Shown here piece by piece: positions 24,980 through 35,480 of a stretch of DNA of 56,112 nt (position 1 is the stretch's first letter; every line of letters begins with the position of its first letter). The position numbers and the translations under genes were made by a program. The DNA is from a virus. Its lineage: Duplodnaviria; Caudoviricetes. The stretch spans positions 1 to 56,112 of IMG/VR virus record IMGVR_UViG_3300020603_000019; one strand, 5' to 3'. The notes under the pieces are model-generated. The model saw only the letters and a program-made list of their open reading frames with translations, was not told the DNA's origin and ran no database searches.

Positions 24980-27274
24980 ATGGCAACTGGTATTCTTGGC
25001 GGGTTAGACGCCACTCTTCAGGGCTTTATGCAGATGTCTGCGCAAGCAGAGCGTAATCGCTTGGCTAATGCAGAACTTGAGCTCGCGCGTCAACGGGATA
25101 ACCGTGAACAAGAACAACTTAAGTTAAACCAAGAAACACTCAGGCTCAACCAAAATGCAGATGCTCGCGCTCAAGGAGAATCTAATGATCGGCAACGCGC
25201 ACTTGCTAAAAATGAACTTTCCACAGACGCAGACCGTGCATATGGGCGTGCTCAGACGCTTGGTGTTATTAAACAGGACGGCAATATAGACCGTGACACC
25301 TTACGAAGAGGCGTTAAGGCTGGAGACGAACAGTACACTCGTTTTCTTGCTGACATCATGAACGTCAATAAGCGCGAAGAAGCTATCGGCCGTAATAACT
25401 ATGGCCCTACAGATTTTGCTTTCACTGGGGTCGACAAAGAAGCCCTTAAGCTGGGTAAAGTAGTAATAACTGGTTCGTATAGAGATGGTCGCCCTGGCGT
25501 TTTGACAGCGCAGGGCGGGTCTGGTCCGAACGAAAACATTGTTGCTAGCACGATCGACGAAGCCGTTGATCTTGCTATTACTGCTTTGCAGACGCGTGTT
25601 ATTCCCAACTCGAACTTTGGTGCTACTAGCGCCGAAAGTCGATTTCGAACTGCACTGGGAGTAGGCAACACTATAGCCGCCGCTAATAAGAATGCGCCTC
25701 CGTTCTACGCTCAGTCCTATAACGCTGGAGGAGCACGCACTGTTTTAAATGCTATTGATGCTAGCGGTCTTCCTGTAGAAGCTAGTCGTACGTTTATTTC
25801 TCAGCTGTCGGCGATTAAAGATCCGCGTCAGAAGCAAGAATTTATTTGGCAGGTAGCCAAAGATCTTGGCGTCGAAGCCGAAGTAAATATGCGTGGAGGA
25901 GCTTCGTCTACTACCATCGGTGTTGATAAAAGAACTACTGAGTTTGATTTAAAAGGCATAAAGATTGTTTCACAACCTAGCTTAAAGATAAAAGGTTTTG
26001 ATACCGGTATTGCTAGAAAACGTAAGCTAGCCGACAAGCTTCCTATAAACGACCCACGTCGGGAAGCACTTGAAAACGAAATTTCTGATCTTGCTGACCA
26101 GAAGGCAAATTTTATTCGTAGCGAGAACCAGGCTACGTGGGATTCTTACACGGCAGACTCCAAGAAGGCCGAAGAAGCTCTTGCCAAACCCAACGTGACT
26201 GCTGAGTCGCGCTCGTATTGGAACGCTCGTAAGCAGGACGTTGATAAGAAGAAGCAGGCATTTATTAAGGCTGGCGGATATACGCCGATTCAGCGTACAA
26301 CTGATTATCAGGTCCTTGAACAAAATGTTATCTCTCGTATTAGAGAGCTATCACCCTCTGACGTAGCAGGAGCTATACAGAGTGGGGCTTTGAAGTTTTC
26401 TGAGCCGGAAGTCCGTGCTTTGCGAGCCCGTCTCACAGAGGCCGGAGTATCCGGCACAACCGGTAACGCAATCCGTACTGCTTCTAAGGCCCTACCTCGC
26501 GAAGAGATCATTGCAACACTTGCAATAGCCTATGCTCAGTCGAATGACCCTGGGCAACAGCAGCAGCTGATGACGATGATTGCTAACACCGGCGAGACCG
26601 GAAGCCCGTTCTTGAGCGCAGTCAAACGGCGTGATCAGGAGCTTAATGAGTGGGAATTGGCATTACGAGAACGTGAGCTGCAAGCTAGCAGAGAAGCCAC
26701 CGCAGCTAAAAGAGCAGGGGATGTCAATGCAGTTAAGTTGGCTAATATCCAAGCTTTAGACGAAGCTCTTAGCGCTGGGGCCGCCATGCTTAACCCAACT
26801 GTGAAGGGGCGTATTACTAAGGGCAATATAGAAGATGCTTCTAACTGGGCTCGTGTATCACTGCCTAGAAACCAGGCGTTCATCCGTCAGATGGCTCGAC
26901 TTGATCCGGTTGCGGCGAGTGAATACTACGACGTTCACCTCGGTCAATCGTCTCAGGCAGCGGCCATTATATTTGATGAACTACCTAGCGGCTTTATTAA
27001 TGATACGCTCTACAGCTGGTTTGGTAACAAACCGACCGTGGACACTATGGCTAAGAGGCTTCAGAACGTACGCGCCGTAACTGATGCAGATGAAACCGTC
27101 AGGTCGTTTTATCTTGTAAACCGTGGAACTGGTAGGCAACAGGGCAAAGAGATAACTGCTGCCCAGATGCAGAATTTCGATGGGGGCCCTGAGCTGTTTC
27201 AGATTTTTGCGCGCGCAGCCCTCATAAACGAGGAGATAGCCTCTGCTCGAGCAGCTCAAAACGCTAGACAATAA
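24980..27274 (+). CDS. Putative internal virion/ejection protein (764 aa)
   Basis: Size and position in the ejectosome block. Confidence 0.65.
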   Translation: MATGILGGLDATLQGFMQMSAQAERNRLANAELELARQRDNREQEQLKLNQETLRLNQNADARAQGESNDRQRALAKNELSTDADRAYGRAQTLGVIKQDGNIDRDTLRRGVKAGDEQYTRFLADIMNVNKREEAIGRNNYGPTDFAFTGVDKEALKLGKVVITGSYRDGRPGVLTAQGGSGPNENIVASTIDEAVDLAITALQTRVIPNSNFGATSAESRFRTALGVGNTIAAANKNAPPFYAQSYNAGGARTVLNAIDASGLPVEASRTFISQLSAIKDPRQKQEFIWQVAKDLGVEAEVNMRGGASSTTIGVDKRTTEFDLKGIKIVSQPSLKIKGFDTGIARKRKLADKLPINDPRREALENEISDLADQKANFIRSENQATWDSYTADSKKAEEALAKPNVTAESRSYWNARKQDVDKKKQAFIKAGGYTPIQRTTDYQVLEQNVISRIRELSPSDVAGAIQSGALKFSEPEVRALRARLTEAGVSGTTGNAIRTASKALPREEIIATLAIAYAQSNDPGQQQQLMTMIANTGETGSPFLSAVKRRDQELNEWELALRERELQASREATAAKRAGDVNAVKLANIQALDEALSAGAAMLNPTVKGRITKGNIEDASNWARVSLPRNQAFIRQMARLDPVAASEYYDVHLGQSSQAAAIIFDELPSGFINDTLYSWFGNKPTVDTMAKRLQNVRAVTDADETVRSFYLVNRGTGRQQGKEITAAQMQNFDGGPELFQIFARAALINEEIASARAAQNARQ

Positions 27275-27279
27275 CTAGC

Positions 27280-30200
27280 ATGGCTACTGAGCAGTACGAT
27301 CCGTTTGTAGAGTTCCTTCGCGCTGGAAACGAAACTAGCCCTGAAGAGGACTTGCAGTTCCAACAGTTCCTTGGCAACGCCCCTACTCCGCAGTTTAGGG
27401 GCCGAGCGGCGTCTACGCTTGGCGAAGAGTTTAGCGGGGCTGTTGAGTCCGGCATTCAAGGACTAGCAGCTGACCTCGAATACTTTAAAGCGCTAGGTAA
27501 CACCGTAATCGGTGACACTAAAGCGGCCGAAATTAATATTCGAGAAGCCAGGCTTCGCGAGGAGTTTGCTGCTGCTCCGCTCGATGGGCTTGAGACATTT
27601 GAGCAGTTCTTAGATCAGCCTACGTTTAGCGGCTTTATTAGCCAAGCTACACGCGGTTTTGGTCAAATTGTACCGTCCGCTGCTCTGTCTATTGCTAGCG
27701 CTGGTACTGGTGCACTGGCCGCTGTTGTTGGTCGTGGTGTACTGAACCAGGTAAATCGCCAGGTAGCCAAGCGGATCATTAAGGATTCGGTCGAGCGCTC
27801 CGCAAAAGGAGTGGCTGACCCCGTCGAGCAGCAGATTGCCGAAATTGCATATGGATCGCTCCGTCAGGCTGCGAAGCGCGGCGGAGTTGCTGGTGCATTT
27901 GGTGCTGAGTTCGCGCCTATGTCAGGTAGCAACTTGTCTGAGGCGCTAGATTCTGGGCAACCACTAGACGAAGCTAGTGCTCTTCGCGCTGCTGCAGTGG
28001 GTGTGCCGCAGGCTGTTATCGGCGTAGGCAGCGAAGTCGCGCTGTTGAAACTTCTCGGCAGACAGGCCACAAAGCGGACGGCTGTCGAAGGAAGCTTGTT
28101 TGCGAACTTCGCTAAACGCTTTGGTGCTGGCGGGCTGAAAGGCGGCGCTATTGAATCAACGACTGAACTAGCTCAGGAAGGTATCGCGGTTGCTAACCGC
28201 GCTGATCTTGACCCGCTGTTCACAGCTCAAGATGCACAACTCCGTCTTGCTGAAGCAGCATTCGTTGGATTCTTTGGCGGTGCTGCTCCTGGCGCTGGTG
28301 GTGGAGCTATCGGTGGAGCTTTGGACGCTGTTCAGAGTCCACGACTCAAAAACACTGTGTCTAATGTTATCGACCGTGCCAAAGGTTTGGTTGAAGACGC
28401 TAAGTCGCAGTTCATAAACAATAAAATTAACTCCGAACAGTTTGGCGAACCTTCCCCTGGAACTACAGCCGCCGAGTCTCAGCGCGATATCAACGCGCAA
28501 CTTCGCGCGATGTTTGACGACGAGACCGGCAAAAACGCGGTTTGGATTGCGGGCGATAAGCCAGAATATGGCGCGGTACCCGGTCGTATCATGCAGACGA
28601 ACTCGCTCGGAGGTAAAACTGCATACATCGCTTTTGTTCCCGGCCGAGGTACGATCGTTTCTACTTATGCGGACCTTGTTGATGAAGTCGTTAAAGCCGG
28701 AGCGACGGACGAAGCTCTTGCAGTAGCTCTCGGTTACAGCGCTACGAAAGATTATTCTGCGCCAGGTGATCAGGTTGTTCAGGTAATAGATAGCGATGGC
28801 AACGTCGTCTCGGAAGAGGTGACGAATGAGCAGACTCTTGGCGCGGCAACGGCTAAAGCGCAGCAGACGTTTCGGTCAGATAAATACAGAGTCAACGTAA
28901 CCACTGTAGAAAAAGCGCTCGAGGAACGACGGAAGCGGTTCATGGCTGAGCAGAAGCCTGAGATACGGGATATGGAGCTCTTTGATCAGGATGGAACTGA
29001 AGACCAGACTGATATAGATCTTTTTGATCAAAGATCTCAAACGATCGAGGGGCAACGTAACGAGATCGGCGTTTATAACAAAAAAGATCCGGCAGTTACG
29101 TTTGATAATACGGCCGCGGCCAGAGCAAACTATGAGCGCGTGTTTGGCTACACGGACTGGACTTCTCCTAGATTTGCGAGCATGAACGAGCAGTTGTTGA
29201 ATACTGCAGCTAACCGGCAGAGTAATAATCCCAACGTCGCGGTCATGATTGAGGACACACCAGACGGTAGATTTCGTTTGGTTGAGGAAGAATACGGTCA
29301 GGAAGACAAGTTTAAGTTTGAAAAGATAGTTAAGGATAAAAAAACTGGGCGGAAGTCTACTCAGACTTTGCTTCTCAACTTGAGCGATTATCTAGCTGAA
29401 TCTGTTCGAAGGGCCTATCGAGTTGCTGGAGACTTAGTGTTTGGCTCGAAAATTGAAGGCGATAACCGCTTAGCTCGTCTCTCTTCAGAGCTTCCAAAAC
29501 TTCGGCGCGATTCGCAGAGAGTGACCGTAGTATTTCCGAACGGTAAGTCAGTAAACGTAGCCTTGTGGGACCTAGTTAACTCTGGGCGAGGGCTTTTGTT
29601 TGGTCGCGGCCAAAGCATGCTCGGCTTCACAGATGCTAGTGGCAGAACTGTTTCGGACTCTAAAGCAGCGGCTACAGAAGGTTTTTCCACTCTACTTGCT
29701 GACATGCTTATCCAAGGATACGACGTTCAGGTGGATGGTAAATCCATTAGTAACGCTATACCGGATTCAGCTCTGGACGTGACAGCTTGGCTAGACGGAA
29801 AGCGCCTGGTAAGTCTCGGAGAGTTACTCCAGCGAGCTGAGAGACTTTCGTCCGGCAAGCGGTTGCTCTTGTTTAGATCTGAAGAAGAAGCCGGATTGTA
29901 TGCAGGTCGGTTACCTCTCGGCCCCGGTGAAAAGAGACCAACTCCATTTAATGTACTCAGAGAGCTTACACCCTCGCAACTTGCCACGCAGCAACGCAGT
30001 TATGAGGGGCGTGGTTTTGCCACCCTTGTAGAGAACGAAGAGGACTTTGATCCTGACAACGCTGCACCTGCATCTACTAGACAGGATGATGATGTACCCG
30101 ACACTTCTGACGCGCGTACGGCACCATCTACTATTCGACCAGTTGAAGAACCGCCGCTTTCTGCTAGAGAACAGGCGAAAGTCTCTACTGCTGTTACGAA

Positions 30201-32847
30201 CATGGTTCGAGAGATCATAGATGATCTTTTAAAGACGCTGAATCTAAAGGACCCTCCGCGCATATACACGTTTGATCAACTCAGCTCTATGTCTCAAGAA
30301 CAGCTTGAAGCGGAGTTTCCGAAAGGACTAGCGTTAATTCGTCTTAGCCTAAATCAGATGAGAGATAGGCCTTCTAAACTTGGACGGCATATTTCTGGTG
30401 AGCTTGGGAAGGTCATCATTTACCGTGAATCCGGGAACACTCTGCAGGACGCGCTGGTTGTTGCGCACGAAATTGGTCATAGCCTCTACAAAGAGGAGCG
30501 TGACAAAGCGCTAACAAACAAGGCCCTTCGCGATCGTTTGATTAAGGCCTTTAAGAACTCATCCTCGTTCAAGGGACTTAGCGAAAAGTATGGCTTTGAG
30601 AGAGGGTTTGAGGAGTGGTTCTCAGACCAAGTGGCTCTATGGGCAAACAAACGATATCGAAGACAGGTCAAGAGCCAACCTAAGACTCTTGTTGAGAGAT
30701 TCTTTAAGGAGTTCGTCTCTCGTCTTGAACAACTCTGGAGAACGACTAGCGCGAGTCTGCGCCAACGACTCGGCGGTAAGTTAGGCGCGGTTGATCAAAG
30801 CTTTCAGGAGTTTATGGACGCAGTGCTCGAGTCTCGCCGCACTCAGGTGGCAGAGAACGGGTTGAGCTTCCCAGAAAGATTATTCGCTTATCAGCTAGAT
30901 GACATGACGACGAACGCGGGCACCTCGAGCTTTGTTCAACGGTTAGCTAGCGGTGCGCAGCGTGCCGTCCGTAACCCAAAGCTCAGCCCATTACTTAGCA
31001 TTATACGTACTGCAGACGGAATTATCCGAACTTTTGGCAACGATGTTATTGCTGACATGTTCTACGTTCGACCTGGAACGGGATCTAGGTTGGGGTTTGT
31101 CCAGGCCAGGACGATTGCTTGGAATAAACTGGAAACTAAGTTTAAAGAAGATGTTATGTCCGTGCAGGACGCCCGTAGTAATGAAGATGTATGGGCGGAA
31201 GCGGCTAGTGATGCGCCGACGTCTACACTGAGTGGTAGATCCTTAGCCATTCGAAAGTTCCTAGAGGACATGCATCGGGACTACATCACTCCGTCGAAGA
31301 CGAAAATAGGGTTTATAGCAAACTACTACCCTCGCGCACTTAATCTTCAGGAGATTGCTAACCGACCACAGGAATTTATCAACTTGTTGGTTAGTAGCGG
31401 CGTATCTCGTTCCAAAGCAGAACGTTCTGTTAGTAGCCTCACGAATATCCAAACGGCCATTCAAAATGACATAGAGCCGCAGGCAGATATTCTTGAGCCT
31501 TCTAAACGTGCCGTCGAAGCTCTCGAGCTGACAAAGAATCTTACCCGTGATCAGCTAGGAGATTTCCTATCTCCGCCAGAGCAGTCTTTCTGGGAGTACG
31601 TGCGCCACACCGTAAAACGCGTTGAGTTTGATCGGGCAACGCTCGATGACGAAGGCAACAGCAAGCTTGAGGCGCAACTTAACACCTTGAATCCAGAGGA
31701 CAAGGCGCGGGTGACTGAGCTCGTCGAAATGTACCTCGGGTACCGGCCGCCGCTTTCTCCTCATATGAGGACGCTTAACAGCTGGGGGCAACTCATTCAG
31801 ACCGTTCTTATTTTGCCGTTTGCTCTTATTGGTTCTTTGACGGACCTTGCCGGGCCGTTGATTAACTCTCGTGAGTTTGCAGCTTTCGGTATGGCTTTAA
31901 AAGAGCTTGTTTCGACATTTAACAATCGCCAAGAAGCATTAAATTTTGCCAAGGAGCTTGGTGTAATTACATCTGAAAGCGCCGCTAACGCCTATGTGTC
32001 TTCGTCCGAAATGGACTTTATGACTCCGCAGGTGCGTGGGTACATGGATAAGTTCTTTGAAGCCATCGGTCTTACCTGGTTCACGAACTTCACTCGTGCT
32101 TTTGCAGCTAACATGGGTGTTCAATTTCTTATCACGCATGCGCAGAACACGACTAACAACCCTCGGTCAGAGCGGTACCTAGCGGAGTTTGGGGTGACGC
32201 GCGACGAGGTTATGACCTGGGTTAATAGTGGGAGACCACTCACAACACCCGAGGGTATAAAGGTCGCACAGGCCGTCACACGGTTTGTTGAGTCTTCTAC
32301 TCTTCGTCCTAATGCAGCTGAGCGTCCGCCGTGGGGTTCAGACCCTCGATGGGCGCTAGTGTGGCAGTTAAAGGGTTACTTCTACTCAGTCGGCAAGGTA
32401 ATTATTGGCGGTATACGCAGAGAGGCGATTGCTCGTGGGCTTTTAGACCCCGCTAATTCAACGGCGGACAGAAACGCGCAAATGCTATTGATGCTTGCGC
32501 TACCACTTGCTGCCACGTTGCCGCTGGCAATGCTCGGTATGGAACTGCGTGAGTACGCAAAGTACGGCTTGGCCTGGTTGCTACCAGGTGTTGACGCAAA
32601 TCAAAGGTTCTTTAGAACAGACCGCATGGACTGGCCAGAGTATCTTGGTGAAGCGTTTAGTCGCACCGGGTTAACTGGTCCATTGGCTATTGTGTCAAGC
32701 ATGAACCAAAGCGCTGAATGGGGGCGAAACCCCGTCGCCACAGCGCTTGGACCTACAGCTGAAATGGTCGACAAGATGTTTGGGCAAGGGTTCACCGTAG
32801 ATAGGACCATCAAAAACGTCGCGCCGTTGTACAACATTGTTATGTAG
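27280..32847 (+). CDS. Large internal virion/polyvalent protein with zincin HExxH motif (1855 aa)
   Basis: Gly/Ala-rich N-terminal membrane-like region; VAHEIGH...FEEWFSD; hydrophobic C-terminus. Confidence 0.75.
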   Translation: MATEQYDPFVEFLRAGNETSPEEDLQFQQFLGNAPTPQFRGRAASTLGEEFSGAVESGIQGLAADLEYFKALGNTVIGDTKAAEINIREARLREEFAAAPLDGLETFEQFLDQPTFSGFISQATRGFGQIVPSAALSIASAGTGALAAVVGRGVLNQVNRQVAKRIIKDSVERSAKGVADPVEQQIAEIAYGSLRQAAKRGGVAGAFGAEFAPMSGSNLSEALDSGQPLDEASALRAAAVGVPQAVIGVGSEVALLKLLGRQATKRTAVEGSLFANFAKRFGAGGLKGGAIESTTELAQEGIAVANRADLDPLFTAQDAQLRLAEAAFVGFFGGAAPGAGGGAIGGALDAVQSPRLKNTVSNVIDRAKGLVEDAKSQFINNKINSEQFGEPSPGTTAAESQRDINAQLRAMFDDETGKNAVWIAGDKPEYGAVPGRIMQTNSLGGKTAYIAFVPGRGTIVSTYADLVDEVVKAGATDEALAVALGYSATKDYSAPGDQVVQVIDSDGNVVSEEVTNEQTLGAATAKAQQTFRSDKYRVNVTTVEKALEERRKRFMAEQKPEIRDMELFDQDGTEDQTDIDLFDQRSQTIEGQRNEIGVYNKKDPAVTFDNTAAARANYERVFGYTDWTSPRFASMNEQLLNTAANRQSNNPNVAVMIEDTPDGRFRLVEEEYGQEDKFKFEKIVKDKKTGRKSTQTLLLNLSDYLAESVRRAYRVAGDLVFGSKIEGDNRLARLSSELPKLRRDSQRVTVVFPNGKSVNVALWDLVNSGRGLLFGRGQSMLGFTDASGRTVSDSKAAATEGFSTLLADMLIQGYDVQVDGKSISNAIPDSALDVTAWLDGKRLVSLGELLQRAERLSSGKRLLLFRSEEEAGLYAGRLPLGPGEKRPTPFNVLRELTPSQLATQQRSYEGRGFATLVENEEDFDPDNAAPASTRQDDDVPDTSDARTAPSTIRPVEEPPLSAREQAKVSTAVTNMVREIIDDLLKTLNLKDPPRIYTFDQLSSMSQEQLEAEFPKGLALIRLSLNQMRDRPSKLGRHISGELGKVIIYRESGNTLQDALVVAHEIGHSLYKEERDKALTNKALRDRLIKAFKNSSSFKGLSEKYGFERGFEEWFSDQVALWANKRYRRQVKSQPKTLVERFFKEFVSRLEQLWRTTSASLRQRLGGKLGAVDQSFQEFMDAVLESRRTQVAENGLSFPERLFAYQLDDMTTNAGTSSFVQRLASGAQRAVRNPKLSPLLSIIRTADGIIRTFGNDVIADMFYVRPGTGSRLGFVQARTIAWNKLETKFKEDVMSVQDARSNEDVWAEAASDAPTSTLSGRSLAIRKFLEDMHRDYITPSKTKIGFIANYYPRALNLQEIANRPQEFINLLVSSGVSRSKAERSVSSLTNIQTAIQNDIEPQADILEPSKRAVEALELTKNLTRDQLGDFLSPPEQSFWEYVRHTVKRVEFDRATLDDEGNSKLEAQLNTLNPEDKARVTELVEMYLGYRPPLSPHMRTLNSWGQLIQTVLILPFALIGSLTDLAGPLINSREFAAFGMALKELVSTFNNRQEALNFAKELGVITSESAANAYVSSSEMDFMTPQVRGYMDKFFEAIGLTWFTNFTRAFAANMGVQFLITHAQNTTNNPRSERYLAEFGVTRDEVMTWVNSGRPLTTPEGIKVAQAVTRFVESSTLRPNAAERPPWGSDPRWALVWQLKGYFYSVGKVIIGGIRREAIARGLLDPANSTADRNAQMLLMLALPLAATLPLAMLGMELREYAKYGLAWLLPGVDANQRFFRTDRMDWPEYLGEAFSRTGLTGPLAIVSSMNQSAEWGRNPVATALGPTAEMVDKMFGQGFTVDRTIKNVAPLYNIVM

Positions 32848-32860
32848 TGAGGGCCTCAAA

Positions 32861-33346
32861 ATGATGACCATGGTTAGTACATTTCTTTCGTTCTTAGCAG
32901 GGGGACTGCCAAAAATACTGACCCTCTTTCAAGACCGACAAGATAAGAAGCATGAACTCGCGCTAGTCATGGCGCAAAAGGAGCGGGAGCTCGCCCTGGC
33001 TGAGCGCGGTTTCATCGCGCAAGCCAAGGTCGAGGAGATAAAGCTCGAGCAGATCCAGACCGAGACCTCTGCTGAGGAGCGGGTCGCTCTGTATCAGCAC
33101 GACACGGAGATTGGCAAAGGCGCATCCCAATGGATGATTAACCTACGCGCCTCGGTGCGCCCTGTCGTCACCTACATCTTTGTGCTGGAGCTAGTCGCGC
33201 TGAATGTTGCAGGTGTTTGGTATGCGTACACGACTGGAATCCCGTTCGCCACGGCAATGGAGAACGTGTTCTCTGATGATGAGATGTTAATTCTGTCCTC
33301 GATTATCGCTTTCTGGTTCGGGACGCAGGCGTTTAATAAAAAGTGA
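32861..33346 (+). CDS. Holin-like protein (3TM holin family)
   Basis: LRASVRPVVTY...IIAFWFG motif; adjacent to endolysin. Confidence 0.7.
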   Translation: MMTMVSTFLSFLAGGLPKILTLFQDRQDKKHELALVMAQKERELALAERGFIAQAKVEEIKLEQIQTETSAEERVALYQHDTEIGKGASQWMINLRASVRPVVTYIFVLELVALNVAGVWYAYTTGIPFATAMENVFSDDEMLILSSIIAFWFGTQAFNKK

Positions 33347-33831
33347 AAGTTTCCCCCGCTGTTATCAGAACGATCAAGCATCACGAAGGGGTGAGGACTA
33401 AGCCTTACCGCTGTCCGGCGTTGCTTTGGACGGTGGGCGTAGGCCATGTAATTGACCCAACCCATACGAGGATAAAGTATGAGGAACGGCGTAATATACC
33501 GATACCCCCTGGCTGGGATCGCGTCCTTACGATGGGAGAGGTGGACGCTATCCTTGCTCAAGACCTTACGCGGTTTGAGCGAGGCGTGGCCAGACTTTGC
33601 CCTGCTTCTATTGGTCGCCAAGGCATCTTCGACGCTCTGGTTTCCTTCAGTTTCAACGTGGGGCTCGGCAATCTGCAGCGCAGTGGGTTGCGTATGAAGA
33701 CCAACCGGGGCGACTTTGAAGGGGCGGCAGAAGAATTTTTGAAATGGACCAAGGCCGGTGGTCGGGTCCTGCCGGGGTTAGTCAAGCGCCGCCAGGACGA
33801 AAGAGCCCTGTACTTATCGGGGGCGGCATGA
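33343..33831 (+). CDS. Endolysin, GH24 lysozyme
   Basis: HEGVRTKPYRCPALLWTVGVGH, FDALVSFSFNVG, WTKAGGRVLPGLVKRR. Confidence 0.93.
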   Translation: MKVSPAVIRTIKHHEGVRTKPYRCPALLWTVGVGHVIDPTHTRIKYEERRNIPIPPGWDRVLTMGEVDAILAQDLTRFERGVARLCPASIGRQGIFDALVSFSFNVGLGNLQRSGLRMKTNRGDFEGAAEEFLKWTKAGGRVLPGLVKRRQDERALYLSGAA

Positions 33832-33851
33832 GCAATTCCGTGCACCTAGAC

Positions 33852-33868
33852 ATTAGTCCTGCTAATAT
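33852..33868 (+). promoter_or_regulatory. ATTAG-N5-CTAAT palindrome with extended -10 before the tail operon
   Basis: ATTAGTCCTGCTAATAT (TGcTAATAT). Confidence 0.55.
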
Positions 33869-33906
33869 CAAGCGGGGCACCTCAACCTATACAACCAGAG
33901 GTTAGG

Positions 33907-34245
33907 ATGGCTGAGAAGATAAAACTAGTTCAGGGCGATACCCGCCCGCAGGTGAGGGTCACGCTGACCGATGAAAACACAGGTGAGATTATTGACCTCA
34001 CAGGTGCCACGGTCACGCTGCACTTTCGCGCGGTAGGTGGCACAACGCCGTTGTTCTCCAGACAAGGGATTGTGAATCCTGACGAAGCTGCGCTTGGCAA
34101 GGCAGTTATTGTTTGGCAGTCAGGCGACCTGAACGTCGATGCCGGTGACTACGAGGGCGAAGTAGAGGTGTACTGGTCCTCTAGCGGTGCCCGCCAGACT
34201 GTGTACGACCTGCTCAAGTTCCGTGTCCGTGAGGATATTGGGTGA
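33907..34245 (+). CDS. BppU-like tail/baseplate-associated protein
   Basis: QGDTRP...IDLTGATV...GDYEGEVEV pattern. Confidence 0.7.
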   Translation: MAEKIKLVQGDTRPQVRVTLTDENTGEIIDLTGATVTLHFRAVGGTTPLFSRQGIVNPDEAALGKAVIVWQSGDLNVDAGDYEGEVEVYWSSSGARQTVYDLLKFRVREDIG

Positions 34246-35465
34246 AACTGACCGTTGCATGGCAAGCGCTCAAGAGCGCCGTTATAGCCTCCACGATTGC
34301 GGCTAAGTCTTCGGCTGGCGTTCTATCGGCAAATATTCAGGTAGCCGCGCTCAAGCTCGTCTATGAGATCGGTCTATTCCTGATTTTGCTGGAGCGCTCT
34401 GACCAATTCGATGTCAGCGACACGATGCGTCGTGACTTGAGCAAAAAGCTCTCGGATGCGTTTGGCGCAATTGATCGGTACGTATCACACTTTGACAAGA
34501 CAGCTGCGGATGCCGCCGATATCACAGATGATCAGTTCCTAAGCTTTGCCAAGCACCTGCATGACAGCGCGGTCTTGGCAGAAACCCGCGTGTACTTGCT
34601 TGCTAAGGCACTGCAGGACAACCTCGGCGCTGCAGATCACCTGCAACACGCTTTCGCGAAGGCGCTGTTAGACGCTGGAACGGTGGCAGAGAACGCTGCG
34701 TTAGATGTGTACAAGAGCGCATCTGACGCTGCCCAGCTGATCGATGAGGCGCATACACAGTTTGCCAAGACGTTGGCGGATGTTGCTGTCACGGCGGACT
34801 TCGCCCATCGAAACATCAGCAAGCCGCTCCAAGATAGTATTAGCGCGACAGACGACCTCGATGGCGCTGCCACGATTGAAGATGATCAGGAGATGATCTA
34901 CTTCAAGACGAACAGCGAAATGGCTGGCGTCAGTGATGTTTTCTATCGGCAGGTTAACTACGTTCGACACTTTAACGAGGATGGCTCTCTCGCTGATGTT
35001 CAGGTGAGGGCTGTTGAAAAGCCGTTTACCGAGTCGCTGCAGGTTGCAGACAGCGCGACTAAATCGTCTGAGAAAATCTTGTCAGAAGTTTTCTCGGCAA
35101 TTGACCTCGCAGAAAAGTCGTCTACTAAGCCAGTTTCCAATGAAGTTTCGCTGACGGATACGGACAGTATCTCGGTTGGCAAAACTGTATCGGACACGGC
35201 TTCTTTCAGTGATGACTTTAAACGGGTTCTTATATTTTTAAGAAACCCGAGCGATTCGGCATCGGCAGCAGACGCGATAGCGTCAAGTCTCTCTAAACCA
35301 ACGTCTGATGCATTTGCTGCATCAGAATTGATTGTCAAAAGCGCCGGTTTGGTAAAGGCAAATCTTGCGAGCGTAGCGAGTTCGGGAACGCTACGTTCTC
35401 AGGGCTATTGCGAGTTCTCATACTTCGCAGAAGATTATGTTGGCGATTCCCGTTCATTCACTTGA
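34242..35465 (+). CDS. Tail-associated protein with 18-residue periodic repeats
   Basis: Repeated xKxxxD units; C-terminal GYC...YFAEDYVG. Confidence 0.65.
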   Translation: MKLTVAWQALKSAVIASTIAAKSSAGVLSANIQVAALKLVYEIGLFLILLERSDQFDVSDTMRRDLSKKLSDAFGAIDRYVSHFDKTAADAADITDDQFLSFAKHLHDSAVLAETRVYLLAKALQDNLGAADHLQHAFAKALLDAGTVAENAALDVYKSASDAAQLIDEAHTQFAKTLADVAVTADFAHRNISKPLQDSISATDDLDGAATIEDDQEMIYFKTNSEMAGVSDVFYRQVNYVRHFNEDGSLADVQVRAVEKPFTESLQVADSATKSSEKILSEVFSAIDLAEKSSTKPVSNEVSLTDTDSISVGKTVSDTASFSDDFKRVLIFLRNPSDSASAADAIASSLSKPTSDAFAASELIVKSAGLVKANLASVASSGTLRSQGYCEFSYFAEDYVGDSRSFT

Positions 35466-35480
35466 TGTGAGGATCTTAAA

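Noticed and set aside
27280-32847. N4-type virion RNA polymerase
   Set aside because: About half the expected size and no convincing T7-like or DxDGD motifs by eye; left open for structure search.
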